A program made the translations under genes and the position numbers. The notes under the pieces are model-generated. The model had not been told where the DNA came from and did not search any database. It saw only the letters and a program-made list of their open reading frames with translations. Shown piece by piece: positions 27,495 through 36,989 of a DNA stretch of 64,000 nt (positions are counted from its first letter, which is position 1; each line of letters starts with the position of its first letter). The stretch is from an uncultured Sphingobacteriales bacterium (GTDB lineage Bacteria > Bacteroidota > Bacteroidia > CAILMK01 > CAYYUA01): positions 19,014 to 83,013 of the forward strand of contig CAZQQN010000001.1 in NCBI GenBank assembly GCA_964595485.1. The letters run 5' to 3'.

Positions 27495-28535
27495 TTATTG
27501 CTCAATGCCCCTTTCGCGGTAAATCGTAGCAAGGACCGTTTGTCCAACGGCTTTCAGGGTTTCTTTTGAGATGATGCTCATGTCATCAGCATGGGTGTGC
27601 CAATAATCCCCGAATCCATTAGGGCGCTGGCTGTCATAGTCAATGATATTAATGGTAGGGATGTTGGCATGCCGGATAACATTGACATGGTCATCCATGA
27701 CCGGCCCGGTTTTTTGATAGGAAAAGCGGTTTGAGTAACCTAGGTCATAAGCTATATTCCAAACTTTATCCAAGACCTGGGAGGCATGTTCTGTCGAATA
27801 CCCCTCTCTTTTAAACACAGCATTTTTAGCGCCTACCATATCCAGCAATATACCGTAGTCAGCAAAGTATTTGTTGGAATTGATTGATTTGGCCCATTTT
27901 TCAGAGCCCAGGCAATAACCATTATCCTCACCTCTTTTTTGCTTTCCTTGCGGTGCTCCGTAATCTTCCCCATCAAATAAGATGATCTCAATGCCAATAT
28001 TAGGCTCTTTTTTGCTAATTTGTCGTGCTATTTCGAGTATTACAGCTGTTCCGCTACCGCCATCATTGGCTCCGGGTATAGGCTCTTCAGTTCTGGCAGT
28101 ATCCATATCAGCAAATGGGCGCGTATCCCAATGAGCACATAAGAGAATTTTTTTAGGCTTATCAGGTCCGAAGGTAGCCCTGATGTTCTTGATATAAAGG
28201 GTGTTATTGTTAAAAGCTGATACTTCATCGTTTATTACTTGAACTGCAGCCCCATAAGTAGTAAGCTTTTGCTTTAGCCAATTCGCAGTCTTTTCATGGG
28301 GTTTCGTGTTTGGAACACGAGGACCAAAATTCACTTGTTTTTGAATGAAGTGATAAGCCGAGTCTTCGTTGAAATCCGGTATCTCCACATCTGGCCCGGA
28401 TCCTTGACCGTCATCCCCTTTTGAATCCCTATTCTCACTCCCGGAATTATCTTGTGATCCATTACAACTGCCTAACCCTAATCCTATCATAATGCATAGA
28501 AGCAAAGAGAAATTGATAAAGGCAGGTTTCTTCAT
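27495..28535 (-). CDS. M28-family zinc peptidase-fold lipoprotein, candidate glutaminyl-peptide cyclotransferase (PgQC-like)
   Basis: 346 aa. Lipobox LGLGSCNGS. M28/QC fold motifs (CAHWDTRPFAD, GANDGGSGTAVILE, FDGEDYG, WHTHADD). Confidence 0.55.
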   Translation of the reverse strand: MKKPAFINFSLLLCIMIGLGLGSCNGSQDNSGSENRDSKGDDGQGSGPDVEIPDFNEDSAYHFIQKQVNFGPRVPNTKPHEKTANWLKQKLTTYGAAVQVINDEVSAFNNNTLYIKNIRATFGPDKPKKILLCAHWDTRPFADMDTARTEEPIPGANDGGSGTAVILEIARQISKKEPNIGIEIILFDGEDYGAPQGKQKRGEDNGYCLGSEKWAKSINSNKYFADYGILLDMVGAKNAVFKREGYSTEHASQVLDKVWNIAYDLGYSNRFSYQKTGPVMDDHVNVIRHANIPTINIIDYDSQRPNGFGDYWHTHADDMSIISKETLKAVGQTVLATIYRERGIEQ

Positions 28536-28549
28536 ATAGCGCGGGCGAT

Positions 28550-29839
28550 TTATGAAAGCCTCTTAAGGGCTTTACGAGTTCCCTCTAAGGTATGGTCGAT
28601 ATGCTTTTCTGTTAATTCAGTCGATAAGAACCATGCCTCGAATTGAGAGGGCGGTATCCAGACACCTTGCTCGATTAAACCCCAAAAGTATTCCTTAAAA
28701 TGATCAGTATTGCTTTGTTTGACATCCGTAAAATTAAGCGGAGGGTCTGAAACAAAGAAGGGATTCATCATACTTCCGAATCGAGTTACCTGTAGAGGTA
28801 TCCCTGTTTCTTGGCTAATTTCCGTTAGACCTTTTTCCAATCTTCCACTAATATGATGCAAATGATCATACAAACCTGGGTTATCACGTAGTGTTTTCAA
28901 TGTATAGTAGCCAGCTGTCATAGCTATTGGATTTCCCGAAAGGGTACCCCCTTGGTAGACTGGTCCGGCAGGAGAAACCATTTCCATGACCGATCTGCTG
29001 CCACCAAAGGCGCCAACCGGTAGCCCACCTCCAATCACTTTACCCAGCATGGTAAGATCTGGCTCGACTCCATAAACAGTTTGAGCACCGCCAAAATGAT
29101 ACCGGAAACCGCTCATGACTTCGTCAAACAAAAGAAGGGCGCCATGTTGATGGGCCACCTCTTTAAGCTCTTGCAGAAACTGACCTTCCGGTTTGAGCAC
29201 CCCCATATTTCCTGTCACTGGTTCAATGGCGACTGCAGCAATTTCATCCGGGTATGTTTCAAAAATCTGTTTAACGGAATTGATATCATTGTATTCTGCG
29301 ACAAAAGTATCTTGCGTGTAAGATTCGGGAACACCTTGGCTGCCGGGTAATCCTTGCGTTGCCACACCTGATCCGGCCTGAACGAGCAAAGCATCAACAT
29401 GGCCATGGTAACAACCCGCAAACTTGATTACTTTATTGCGGCGTGTATAAGCCCTTGCCAAACGGAGTGCACTCATAGCAGCTTCAGTGCCTGAATTGAC
29501 TAGCCTTGTCATTTCAATGGATGGGAAAGCCTTGCTTATAAGATCAGCAACCCGCAACTCTAATTCATTAGTAGCCCCAAAAGAAGTACCTCTTTCAACG
29601 GCTTCTTTAACCCTTGGGCCAACTTCAGGGTGATTATGCCCTAAAATAAGCGGGCCAAAAGAGCCCACATAATCAAGATAAGCATGACCATCTACATCGT
29701 ATATGTAAGCGCCTTCCCCTTTTTCCATGATCAGGGGATTACCGCCTACAGCATTAAAGGCGCGAGCACCGCTATTAACACCGCCAATCAAACGTTTTTT
29801 AGCGCTTTCAAAAAGCTCTTTGGAATTTCTAAAATCCAT
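28550..29839 (-). CDS. hemL: glutamate-1-semialdehyde 2,1-aminomutase
   Basis: 429 aa class III aminotransferase. N-terminal GGVNSGARAF... and a DEVMSGFR PLP motif typical of HemL. Lies in the hem cluster. Confidence 0.85.
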   Translation of the reverse strand: MDFRNSKELFESAKKRLIGGVNSGARAFNAVGGNPLIMEKGEGAYIYDVDGHAYLDYVGSFGPLILGHNHPEVGPRVKEAVERGTSFGATNELELRVADLISKAFPSIEMTRLVNSGTEAAMSALRLARAYTRRNKVIKFAGCYHGHVDALLVQAGSGVATQGLPGSQGVPESYTQDTFVAEYNDINSVKQIFETYPDEIAAVAIEPVTGNMGVLKPEGQFLQELKEVAHQHGALLLFDEVMSGFRYHFGGAQTVYGVEPDLTMLGKVIGGGLPVGAFGGSRSVMEMVSPAGPVYQGGTLSGNPIAMTAGYYTLKTLRDNPGLYDHLHHISGRLEKGLTEISQETGIPLQVTRFGSMMNPFFVSDPPLNFTDVKQSNTDHFKEYFWGLIEQGVWIPPSQFEAWFLSTELTEKHIDHTLEGTRKALKRLS

Positions 29840-29851
29840 TGGATTGTGTTT

Positions 29852-30538
29852 TTAGCTGAAAATTGAGACTAATTTTTCGGTATCCCGGTATATTCCGGTG
29901 ATGATGGGTGTATCTTTTTCAGTGTAGCGCCTGGCTTCCGACTTCCTTAATTCATACACCAAGTCAGAAAATTGAGAAAGGTTATCCGTTTCATAAGAAA
30001 CGATGAATTCCTGGTCTTGCAAGCCAAATGAATACAAAAGCAACTGGGTGATCTCCGGAAATTGTTTACCCGTTTTGATATGTTCCTGCATCATCTCTTT
30101 ACGGGTTTCCCAGTCTTCAAGATACCAGGGTATCGTTTTGGTAAAGGGATAAACAATGAAATAAGGAGTTCTCACTGCATCATTGAAAGGGTCTATTTCT
30201 TGTGGATTCCTTTTATTGCTTGTATATTGTGTAGGCTTTGTTAATCCCCATAAGCTTAATCCAGGTTTAATGTATTGACGAAATACATTCATTGCTGAAC
30301 CCGTTTTCTCAAAGTATTGGTCCGGAATTTCATTTTCTTCAGCGGTTTGGTTCAACCATACCATGATGTCCCATTCATCCCGGGAAGGGAAAACCTGGTA
30401 AAAATAAGCGGTATCGGCAGTTTGTTTGAGTTTTTCTGTCCAATTATTAAGCAATTCGCCCCGTTCACTACTGCCTAATTCCCAAAAAGGCTGATCTAGT
30501 CTAAATAGTTGGTAATGGGATAATACGCGTTGTTCCAT
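29852..30538 (-). CDS. chlorite-dismutase-family protein, HemQ/ChdC (coproheme decarboxylase)-like
   Basis: 228 aa. Pattern YFIVYPFTK...WYLEDWETRKEMMQEH...LVYELRKSEARRYTEKDTPIITG parallels the firmicute HemQ pattern Y.CFYPMNK...WYML..EER..LM..H...VYEMRFDE..ARY. Sits between hemD and hemL. Confidence 0.5.
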   Translation of the reverse strand: MEQRVLSHYQLFRLDQPFWELGSSERGELLNNWTEKLKQTADTAYFYQVFPSRDEWDIMVWLNQTAEENEIPDQYFEKTGSAMNVFRQYIKPGLSLWGLTKPTQYTSNKRNPQEIDPFNDAVRTPYFIVYPFTKTIPWYLEDWETRKEMMQEHIKTGKQFPEITQLLLYSFGLQDQEFIVSYETDNLSQFSDLVYELRKSEARRYTEKDTPIITGIYRDTEKLVSIFS

Positions 30539-30555
30539 AAGGTTTTATTTAGGGT

Positions 30556-31350
30556 TCAAATTTCATTATTCGTTTTCGACTTTTTAAAATACTCCGATAT
30601 ATCCGACAACAGTCCTTCCATTGTTTGCTTATTTGGTATAACATGTGGGGTGTAGCCATGGTTTTTAAGTTCCTCAGCTGTTGTTGGCCCAATACAAGCA
30701 AAGATAGGGTTGCTTAAGTGTAGTTCATACTGCCTGAGGTTATCAAAAAAACCTTTGATACCGGAAGGGCTCGTAAATAGAATGACATCCGGCTTATGTT
30801 GCAATGTATTGCTAAAAGTTAATCTTTCAATGGATTGAGTGCGGGTTTCATAGACAACTAAGCTGTAAACTTCAGCCTGTCGCATCTGTAATCCTTCAGA
30901 TAGCTCTTTTCCGGCTAAGTTACCACAAGGCCAAAGCACTTTAGCATTTTGAGGGGAGGGTAATTCTTTGCTTAGGCCGCTTCCATTCTGTTCTTTAGGG
31001 GTAAAATCTACTGATCCTAAATTTTGTTCTACTTCTGCTTGCGTTTTTTGGCCTAATGCGGCTATTTTTGGCCTTTCTTCAATGCTTAATTGCTGCCATT
31101 CATTGTAGAAATTCTTCCAGAAGCCATTTACACCGTTTGCACTGGTAAAAGTAAGCCAATCAAACCTTGATATGTTTCTTGCCTGATCCTTCTCGTATTG
31201 AGAGAGTACTTTGGTCTCAATTGCAATTGTGGGAAGGATTAAAGGATAACCCCCTAATTTTTTGATCTTTTGAGCAAGGGTTTCTGCTTTAGCTTGCTGG
31301 CGGGTTATGAGCAATGTTTTTCCAGCAAAGGGTTGGGTGCTATTGCTCAT
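30556..31350 (-). CDS. hemD: uroporphyrinogen-III synthase
   Basis: HemD-like start MSNSTQPFAGKTLLITRQQAKAETL... The ORF track extends it to 31401, but the internal Met at 31350 gives only an ~11-nt overlap with the upstream gene. Confidence 0.65.
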   Translation of the reverse strand: MSNSTQPFAGKTLLITRQQAKAETLAQKIKKLGGYPLILPTIAIETKVLSQYEKDQARNISRFDWLTFTSANGVNGFWKNFYNEWQQLSIEERPKIAALGQKTQAEVEQNLGSVDFTPKEQNGSGLSKELPSPQNAKVLWPCGNLAGKELSEGLQMRQAEVYSLVVYETRTQSIERLTFSNTLQHKPDVILFTSPSGIKGFFDNLRQYELHLSNPIFACIGPTTAEELKNHGYTPHVIPNKQTMEGLLSDISEYFKKSKTNNEI

Positions 31351-33466
31351 GAAATTGGGAGATTTTATCAACCAACACCTTGCCCAGGTTCTGAGCTTCA
31401 TGAATATGACCGGAAACCTGTTCCCTGTTTAAAGCAGAGCCATCTTCTTTTCCATATATACCATCAATGGTAATTTGGTCTCCTTTTACCGATGCATGCG
31501 CACCCAATGGTAAACGGCAGCCACCACCCAAAGCTACCAGTACCGTTCTTTCAGCCTCTACAGAGCGGATTGTGGCTTTGTCATTAATTAAACCGACCAA
31601 CTTCTTCATTTCCGAATCCTGCTCCCGGGTTTCTACGGCTAAAATGCCTTGGGCCACGGCAGGAACGAACTCATCTTTATTGAAAAGCTGGGAGGCCTTA
31701 TCAAACATATTGACCCGCTGTAAACCAATAGCAGCAATACAAATGGCATCTACCTCCCCGCTATCAATCTTACCCATTCGCGTAATGATGTTCCCGTTTA
31801 TGGGTTTGATTTTAAGGCCTGGGTTTATATGGTGTATCTGAATAGCTCTCCTTAGGCTGCTGGTACCAACAATTGACCCCTCTGGAAGGTCCTGGAGTTT
31901 TATATTATCCCTTGAGATCAAAACATCTCTTACATCGCCTCTTTTGGGAACTCCGCTTATTTCAAGACCTTCCGGTAACTTGGTTGGTAAATCTTTGTAA
32001 CTGTGGACAGCTATGTCAATCTCCTCATTCAGTAGGGCTAATTCCACTTCTTTGACAAATGCCCCAATAGTCTGAACGTTACCTCTATCACCGCTTGTTT
32101 TGATTGGTTTTGTAACAAACTCGTAATCAGGCGCTACTTTACGTAACTCACCCAGCACCATTTCAGTCTGGGCTAAAGCAAGCTTACTGCCTCTGGTGCC
32201 AACAATGATACGCTTTTTGGGAATATTGATATTGATATCTTTCAGGTTAAAGATCTCCTGGAAAGTTTGGATTTCCTGCCTGTTATCATCCGGGTCTTTT
32301 GCATAGTTTTTCAATGTATGAATAGGGTCCTTTGTGATTTTTCGGACCATTCGGTGAGCCATTTTTTCAAGGACTTTTTCCTGCTTGTCATCAAGGTCGC
32401 CTAACTTGGGTTTTACCCAATCCAACTCCTCCTGCTTGATGCTTTCAAGATTCTGGTAGAAATTGGATATGACCGGATTAAGCCTATTGGTATTCAACCA
32501 ATTTTCATAACCCTCTACTTCTTCCTTTATAATAGCATTGGCTTTAGGAATTTCCTGCTTCCGGTTTTTAAGCCCTTCTATGGTCATATCTTTCAACTGG
32601 TCCAGGTCATAAAGTGAAACCTGATGAATTTGGTTCAGGTCCATGCTGAAATTACGAGGCACTGCCAGATCAACCAAGGTTAATGGATGGCGAAAGTTGG
32701 CCTGGTCAAGCAATTCCTTGCTAAGTATTGGTTCTTCAGCATTAGATGCCCCAACAACAATTTCTACATCATCTAAGTTATGAATGACCTGGTTATAAGT
32801 AAGGGGTTGCGCATTGTAAACACTAGCTAATTGCCTTGCGCGGTCCAGGTCTCTGCTGGCTACCATCACTCGCCCAGGTTTACGCTTTGCCAGCATTTTT
32901 AGTAGTAAAGTGGCCATTTCACCGGTTCCAATGATCATAATCCGAGCATCTTCCAGGTCTTCATATTGTTTCTGGATTAATTCGAAAGCAACCGAAGAAA
33001 GGGAGACTGGTGTTTGGCCTAAGTAAGTTTCCCCTCTAACCCGTTTTCCAGTTCTGATTGCCCTTTTGGCTAATTCGTGTAAAACAGGTCCAAGGGTCCC
33101 GGCTTCCTGAGCTATGTAGTAGGAGTCCCGTACTTGCCCCAATATCTGATGCTCTCCTAAGGCTTGTGATTTTAAACCAGCGGCAGTGGAAAACAAATGC
33201 TCCGCAACGGAATATTCATGTTCCAGTATGGATATGTATGGTCTAAGGTTACCAAACTGGGTGAAAAAGTCCATTAATGGACCATGATTATCATGATAGG
33301 CGTATAGGGCTAAACGGTTACACGTAGACACCAAAAAAGCCTCCCGAAGCTGGTCTTTTAAATTAGATAAGGCTTCAATGGTATCTTCTCTGTTTAACGC
33401 AACGCCTTCTCGTATGTGAATCGGAGCATCCTGATGACTAAGCTCTACCCCTATGATCTTTGACAT
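31340..33466 (-). CDS. hemA: fused glutamyl-tRNA reductase (HemA) / hydroxymethylbilane synthase (HemC)
   Basis: 708 aa continuous ORF. N-terminal ~415 aa has the HemA STCNRLALYAY catalytic-Cys motif and an NADP-binding fold (IIGTGEMA). C-terminal ~295 aa begins IIVGTRGSKLALAQTE... (HemC/porphobilinogen deaminase). Confidence 0.8.
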   Translation of the reverse strand: MSKIIGVELSHQDAPIHIREGVALNREDTIEALSNLKDQLREAFLVSTCNRLALYAYHDNHGPLMDFFTQFGNLRPYISILEHEYSVAEHLFSTAAGLKSQALGEHQILGQVRDSYYIAQEAGTLGPVLHELAKRAIRTGKRVRGETYLGQTPVSLSSVAFELIQKQYEDLEDARIMIIGTGEMATLLLKMLAKRKPGRVMVASRDLDRARQLASVYNAQPLTYNQVIHNLDDVEIVVGASNAEEPILSKELLDQANFRHPLTLVDLAVPRNFSMDLNQIHQVSLYDLDQLKDMTIEGLKNRKQEIPKANAIIKEEVEGYENWLNTNRLNPVISNFYQNLESIKQEELDWVKPKLGDLDDKQEKVLEKMAHRMVRKITKDPIHTLKNYAKDPDDNRQEIQTFQEIFNLKDININIPKKRIIVGTRGSKLALAQTEMVLGELRKVAPDYEFVTKPIKTSGDRGNVQTIGAFVKEVELALLNEEIDIAVHSYKDLPTKLPEGLEISGVPKRGDVRDVLISRDNIKLQDLPEGSIVGTSSLRRAIQIHHINPGLKIKPINGNIITRMGKIDSGEVDAICIAAIGLQRVNMFDKASQLFNKDEFVPAVAQGILAVETREQDSEMKKLVGLINDKATIRSVEAERTVLVALGGGCRLPLGAHASVKGDQITIDGIYGKEDGSALNREQVSGHIHEAQNLGKVLVDKISQFHEQ

Positions 33467-33544
33467 TCCTTATTAATAGGTTATAAACCGTTCTCACTAA
33501 CTATTTCTCGACCTCATTTATCAAACAATGGTAAAGCGGTGCCG

Positions 33545-33561
33545 TTTCAAATTTTTTGAAA
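33545..33561. promoter_or_regulatory. inverted repeat TTTCAAA-TTT-TTTGAAA in the divergent hemA/TPR intergenic region; candidate operator
   Basis: Perfect 7-bp arms with a 3-nt spacer, in the 239-nt divergent promoter region. Confidence 0.25.
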
Positions 33562-33705
33562 TCAACTACAAATAACGGAAATCCTCGTAAAAAAAAACAA
33601 TGACATTGCTCATGTTCTTTGACCCCTTTTTATAAACTTCAGCTTAGCTGGATTAGGATGAATAATTTTGGCTTAGTTTATGATCGAAGCAACTATTAGT
33701 TCTCA

Positions 33706-34785
33706 ATGGCCGTTCAAATCGCTACTGAAAAACAATATTTTATGCGGATTTTCCTCAGTATCTTGATTTCCTTTATATTATTTCAACCCTCAACAGCCCA
33801 GGAAAGCTATGAAAAAGGCTACAAAGCTTTTCATAACGGGAAAGTAAAGGAAGCGCTTAATTATTTTGACCAAGCTGTTGAGGTTTACCCTGATAAAGCC
33901 AAGGCTTACCTGGCCAGGGGGATGACTTATCAACGCCTGAAAAAAAATGATAAAGCCATTAGCGATTTTTCAAAGGCTTTAGAATTTAGCGACACATTTG
34001 CCTCTGCCCATGTTAACAGAGGTATGTGTTTCATGGAAAAAAAGCAGTTCAATAAAGCATTGGATGATTACAATAAAGCTTTATCCCTGGATCCTAATAA
34101 TGGGCAGGCTTATTTTAACAAAGGTTATTTGTTTTTCCAGCTTGAAGATTTTGAAGGAGCGATAGAAGTCCTGACCAAGGCTATCGACAGAAAAGAAAAG
34201 GTGCCTAATCAAGAGCATATTCAAAATGCTTATTTTTACCGGGGTAAAGCCTACATTCAAAAAGATAAAAGGACTAAAGCGATACATGATTTCAAGCGCG
34301 CAATAGCTTTAAAGCCTAAGGATTACAGGGCTTATTTTTTCCGTGGAACAGTTTACCATAGGGTAAATAAGTTTGAAAAAGCTGTGGCAGATTATGATTC
34401 AGCACTTGCTATTAATCCGGACTACAGTGAATGCTACTTGAAGCGGGGACTTTCCAAGGGTGAAACCAATGATTTAGATGGGGCTATATCCGACTTTACC
34501 AAATATTTAGAAATCAACAAAGCATCTCACAAAGCTTACCGAATGAGAGGTTTGGCTAAAGCCAAAAAAAATGACAGAGAAGGGGCTCTTTTGGATTTGA
34601 AAAAAGCTATTCAAATAAGGCCCAATGATGGTAAAACTTATTTCATGATGGGAAGCATACACCGGCAAGAAGGGAACATGACCAAAGCCTGTAAAGCTTG
34701 GCGCAGTTCCCTGGAAAATGGATTCAGTAAAGCCAGTCGTTATTTCAAACAATTCTGCCGGAAAAAGTCAGGACCTAATAATTGA
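33706..34785 (+). CDS. secreted tetratricopeptide-repeat protein
   Basis: 359 aa. Signal peptide ...QPSTA|QESY. About 8 TPR units (AxxYxxRGxxY pattern). Confidence 0.75.
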   Translation: MAVQIATEKQYFMRIFLSILISFILFQPSTAQESYEKGYKAFHNGKVKEALNYFDQAVEVYPDKAKAYLARGMTYQRLKKNDKAISDFSKALEFSDTFASAHVNRGMCFMEKKQFNKALDDYNKALSLDPNNGQAYFNKGYLFFQLEDFEGAIEVLTKAIDRKEKVPNQEHIQNAYFYRGKAYIQKDKRTKAIHDFKRAIALKPKDYRAYFFRGTVYHRVNKFEKAVADYDSALAINPDYSECYLKRGLSKGETNDLDGAISDFTKYLEINKASHKAYRMRGLAKAKKNDREGALLDLKKAIQIRPNDGKTYFMMGSIHRQEGNMTKACKAWRSSLENGFSKASRYFKQFCRKKSGPNN

Positions 34786-34811
34786 TTTAATATCATCAAT
34801 AAGCTGAGTAT

Positions 34812-35465
34812 ATGGCTTACAAAGGGGTAATTTTTGATTTAGATGGAACTTTACTGGATACAGCAGAGGATATTGCAGATTCTGTCAACCAAGCGCTCCA
34901 AGAATATGGGTTAGCCACTTATGCGCTTGCTAAGTATAAGGAATTGGTTGGAGCAGGATTAGACCAATTGCTTAATGATGTTCTGGGAGAAAAAATTAAT
35001 GACAGGGAATTTTTCAATGCTTTCAAACAAAGGGTTCGCAGTATTTACCGGGAACGCTGGCATGTTAAAAGCCGACCCTACGAGGGAATACCTGAGCTTT
35101 TGGATGAATTAATGCACAAGCGTTTACCAAGGGCTGTTCTTTCTAATAAATACCATGAAGGCACTACAATGATTGTTGAGCATTTCTTTAAGCATTGGCA
35201 AATGAATCCTGTGATGGGTGCGCGGGACGGAATGCCTTTGAAACCTGACCCTACGCCAGCTATAGAAATAGCTCGCTTAATGAATGTTAAGCCTGAATAT
35301 CTGATTTATTTAGGAGATACCGGGTCGGATATTCAAACAGCCATTAAAGCTGGCATGTTACCCCTCGGCGTTGACTGGGGGTTTCGGCCTGTAGAAGAGT
35401 TGGAAAAGGCAGGCGCTAAAGATATTGTTAGGACTCCACAAGATATTTTAGCATTCTTATCCTGA
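34812..35465 (+). CDS. HAD-IA family hydrolase (phosphoglycolate-phosphatase-like)
   Basis: 217 aa. GVIFDLDGTLLDT motif I. SNK and GDTGSD motifs. Confidence 0.75.
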   Translation: MAYKGVIFDLDGTLLDTAEDIADSVNQALQEYGLATYALAKYKELVGAGLDQLLNDVLGEKINDREFFNAFKQRVRSIYRERWHVKSRPYEGIPELLDELMHKRLPRAVLSNKYHEGTTMIVEHFFKHWQMNPVMGARDGMPLKPDPTPAIEIARLMNVKPEYLIYLGDTGSDIQTAIKAGMLPLGVDWGFRPVEELEKAGAKDIVRTPQDILAFLS

Positions 35466-35557
35466 TCCTTGAACCAAAATAGCTAGATGGTAGCCAGCAT
35501 TGATTTTTTCTTAAAAATTACGATATTAGTATTGAAACCAAAGGATGTATCGCATTC

Positions 35558-35965
35558 ATGAAAAAATTCTTTTTGGTTTATGGGCTTTTGCTAATGGGTC
35601 TCTTTGCTGCTTTTAGCTACTTTGAGTCCAAAACAAAAGACGAAAGGATTCTGGCAGCAAAACTTAGGCATACCTTCCAGCTAAACAAACCTGGCAGTTG
35701 TAAAGCCGCTTTTAATCTTCTGAGTCAAAGGAAACACGCAGCATTGAAAGAGTTATTTGAAAACCGGGATTTGGAAGCTTTGAAAGCAAAGTTTTGCTCG
35801 GTTTGGGGTAAAGAAGGTGTTCACGATTGGTCAGTTACGATTAATAGAGTGGAGAATGATGATCATGACTATCAAGTACTTCTCAAAGCTGATAGCTTAA
35901 ACAGGGAACGCCATTTATATTTTGTCAAAGAAAAAAGTGTTTTAGCCCTTGTTGAAATAAACTAA
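35558..35965 (+). CDS. hypothetical membrane-anchored protein
   Basis: 135 aa. N-terminal hydrophobic segment. No recognisable domain. Confidence 0.4.
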   Translation: MKKFFLVYGLLLMGLFAAFSYFESKTKDERILAAKLRHTFQLNKPGSCKAAFNLLSQRKHAALKELFENRDLEALKAKFCSVWGKEGVHDWSVTINRVENDDHDYQVLLKADSLNRERHLYFVKEKSVLALVEIN

Positions 35966-36963
35966 GCGAGTTTAGCCAATTTATCCTGGAAGCCGGTTAG
36001 TCCCAATCCTCCCCCGTTGTGGATAAATAATTTATTACCAGTAAGCGCTTTTTGGCTTAGTAAGTTCGATACGGTATCTGCATGTTTAGCGCCGTACAAC
36101 GGATCTGTAATAATTCCTTCTTCTTGGGCAAATTCCCTGATGGTACTTAAGGTACTTTGATTTATGGAACCAAAGGCGGGAGCTGATATAGGCCGGTAGG
36201 TTTCTATTTCTGGTAGCCTCAGGTTTGAAATGGTTAAAGCGAGGTAAGCAGGCAATTGATTCTGGTAAAATACCAGCTCCTCCTCAAAAAAGGATTCATC
36301 TCCTGCGATTAAGGTTACATGGATGGTTTTTGCTGTTATACCTAGCAAGCCTAATCCGAGGATCAATCCTATGGCAGTAAGGCCTGTACCGCTGTCAATG
36401 AAAATATGTTGGAAATTAAGGCCATACGCGTGCTCCTGTGCTACTAAGTCAGTAGCCAAGGTTATTGCTCCCGGTAACGCCTCAGGCATGCTGGCTCCTT
36501 CCGGAATAATCAGGGGGTTCAGGTAAGGATTGTTTGCCATTGCTTTATCGAAAATATCCGTACGCTTAAACCATTCTGAACGGTCTAGCCAATAAATGTT
36601 GGCCCCGTTACTCAACAAGGTTAGCCATAAGTAATTTCCTTGTAAGGTTTGATCATGATCCTGCAACAAGTAAAGCCGGTAAGGTATCCTTTTTTCAACA
36701 GCCATTTGTAGAAGGCCTAAAACATTGTTGGATTGACTACTACCTGTTATCCACATTTCGTCAAAGTTCCTTGCTATATACGGAATGAGGCTTGCATATT
36801 TACGGTATTTTGAGCCGCTTATTCCACTACTCAACTCATCTTCCCTTTTTATCCAAACCGCATTGTCCGCAAAGAATTGATTTGTTTCATGAATCCGCGT
36901 ATTACATTGGAAAGACCGATCAAGGAAAGGAGAAAGGTTGTCGTTTAATTCGCTAATATTCAA
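35962..36963 (-). CDS. ACC deaminase / D-cysteine desulfhydrase-family PLP-dependent enzyme
   Basis: 333 aa. WIKREDELSSGISGSKYRKY resembles the KREDL...GGNK.RK motif of the PALP-fold ACCD family. Confidence 0.55.
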   Translation of the reverse strand: MNISELNDNLSPFLDRSFQCNTRIHETNQFFADNAVWIKREDELSSGISGSKYRKYASLIPYIARNFDEMWITGSSQSNNVLGLLQMAVEKRIPYRLYLLQDHDQTLQGNYLWLTLLSNGANIYWLDRSEWFKRTDIFDKAMANNPYLNPLIIPEGASMPEALPGAITLATDLVAQEHAYGLNFQHIFIDSGTGLTAIGLILGLGLLGITAKTIHVTLIAGDESFFEEELVFYQNQLPAYLALTISNLRLPEIETYRPISAPAFGSINQSTLSTIREFAQEEGIITDPLYGAKHADTVSNLLSQKALTGNKLFIHNGGGLGLTGFQDKLAKLA

Positions 36964-36989
36964 TTTTCCAATGTTTTATTAAAGTGCGT

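Noticed and set aside
31351-31401. Longer hemD ORF start at 31401, overlapping the hemA-hemC gene by 62 nt
   Set aside because: The internal Met at 31350 (MSNSTQPFAGKTLLITRQ) gives a typical HemD N-terminus and only a short overlap. The upstream residues (MKLRTWARCWLIKSPNF) look non-coding.
31467-31841. 124-aa plus-strand ORF opposite hemC
   Set aside because: It is antisense to a well-supported coding region. No motifs. Typical shadow ORF.
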